39,931 bases of DNA from Minisyncoccota bacterium (GTDB lineage: Bacteria > Patescibacteriota > Minisyncoccia > Phycocordibacterales > DATEUR01): assembly GCA_035583565.1 (NCBI GenBank), contig DATEUR010000036.1:1-39931 (forward strand). Reading direction: 5' to 3'. This document shows, one piece after another, positions 39,810-39,931 of this stretch. The notes under the pieces were generated by a model. The model had not been told where the DNA came from, ran no database searches, and worked only from the letters and a program-made list of their open reading frames with translations. The position numbers and the translations under genes were made by a program. How positions within the stretch are numbered: the first letter of the stretch is position 1; each line of letters starts with the position of its first letter.

Positions 39810-39931
39810 ATGCAATTTCGCGTTCCTCAATTTATTGATATCGAAGACAAGATTTTCGGCCCCTTTACTTTCAAGCAGTTTGTCTATCTCTTGGGCGGGG
39901 TCGGGATAAGCTACATTCTCTACAGATTGCT
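39810..39931 (+). CDS. PrgI-family (VirB3-like) T4SS membrane protein, N-terminal fragment (continues past window end)
   Basis: MQFRVPQFIDIEDKIFGPFTFKQFVYLLGGVGISYILYRL matches the N-terminal motif and TM start I recognise for PrgI-family proteins. It begins 6 nt after the previous stop. Confidence 0.7.
   Translation, partial: MQFRVPQFIDIEDKIFGPFTFKQFVYLLGGVGISYILYRL

Noticed and set aside
31175-39931. Integrative conjugative element or plasmid-derived conjugation module
   Set aside because: Within the window there is no relaxase, coupling protein, integrase, replication gene or flanking repeat. The cluster follows core genes without a compositional break. I therefore report it as a chromosomal T4SS-derived system of unknown role; the sequence downstream of the window could change this.

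Overview
About 40 kb of gene-dense bacterial chromosome with AT-rich intergenic regions. I infer a reduced-genome Patescibacteria/CPR (Parcubacteria-like) organism. The grounds are gene content: an H+-pyrophosphatase, a trigger factor without a PPIase domain, an RRM RNA-binding protein, many small single-TM hypothetical proteins, lineage-specific inserts in conserved enzymes, and a PrgI/VirB6-type cluster.

Layout:
- 1-1474: secreted or surface proteins.
- 1626-10359: housekeeping block (nusA, hppA, tig, clpP, an HU-like gene, rny, hup).
- 10575-10865: tRNA-Gly and two tRNA-Pro genes.
- 10934-16737: minus-strand accessory-looking segment. It holds an RRM protein, a DoxX-like protein, a multiply frameshifted pseudogene, a DUF302 protein, an orphan pyrD, a truncated DsrE-like remnant abutting tRNA-Pro(UGG), three hypothetical membrane or small proteins, a G+C-rich non-coding element, and yraN carrying a palindromic in-frame insert.
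- 16851-19252: tRNA island (Gly, Arg, Arg) with an HNH endonuclease gene running into a tRNA, followed directly by the CCA-adding enzyme gene.
- 19758-31148: xerC-like recombinase, rpsO, NYN-domain gene, pnp, a DksA/TraR-like gene, comM, an M23/LysM peptidase, a UvrD-family helicase, and rsmA carrying a palindromic in-frame insert.
- 31175-39931: a tightly coupled eight-gene operon of secreted and membrane proteins that ends in a VirB6/TrbL-like polytopic protein and the start of a PrgI (VirB3-like) protein.

I consider this operon the most likely undescribed system: a T4SS-derived envelope machine with several unrecognisable partners in a non-mobile context.

No rRNA, CRISPR array, transposase or prophage was seen. 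Every call rests on reading the sequence and recalling family motifs; no searches were run.
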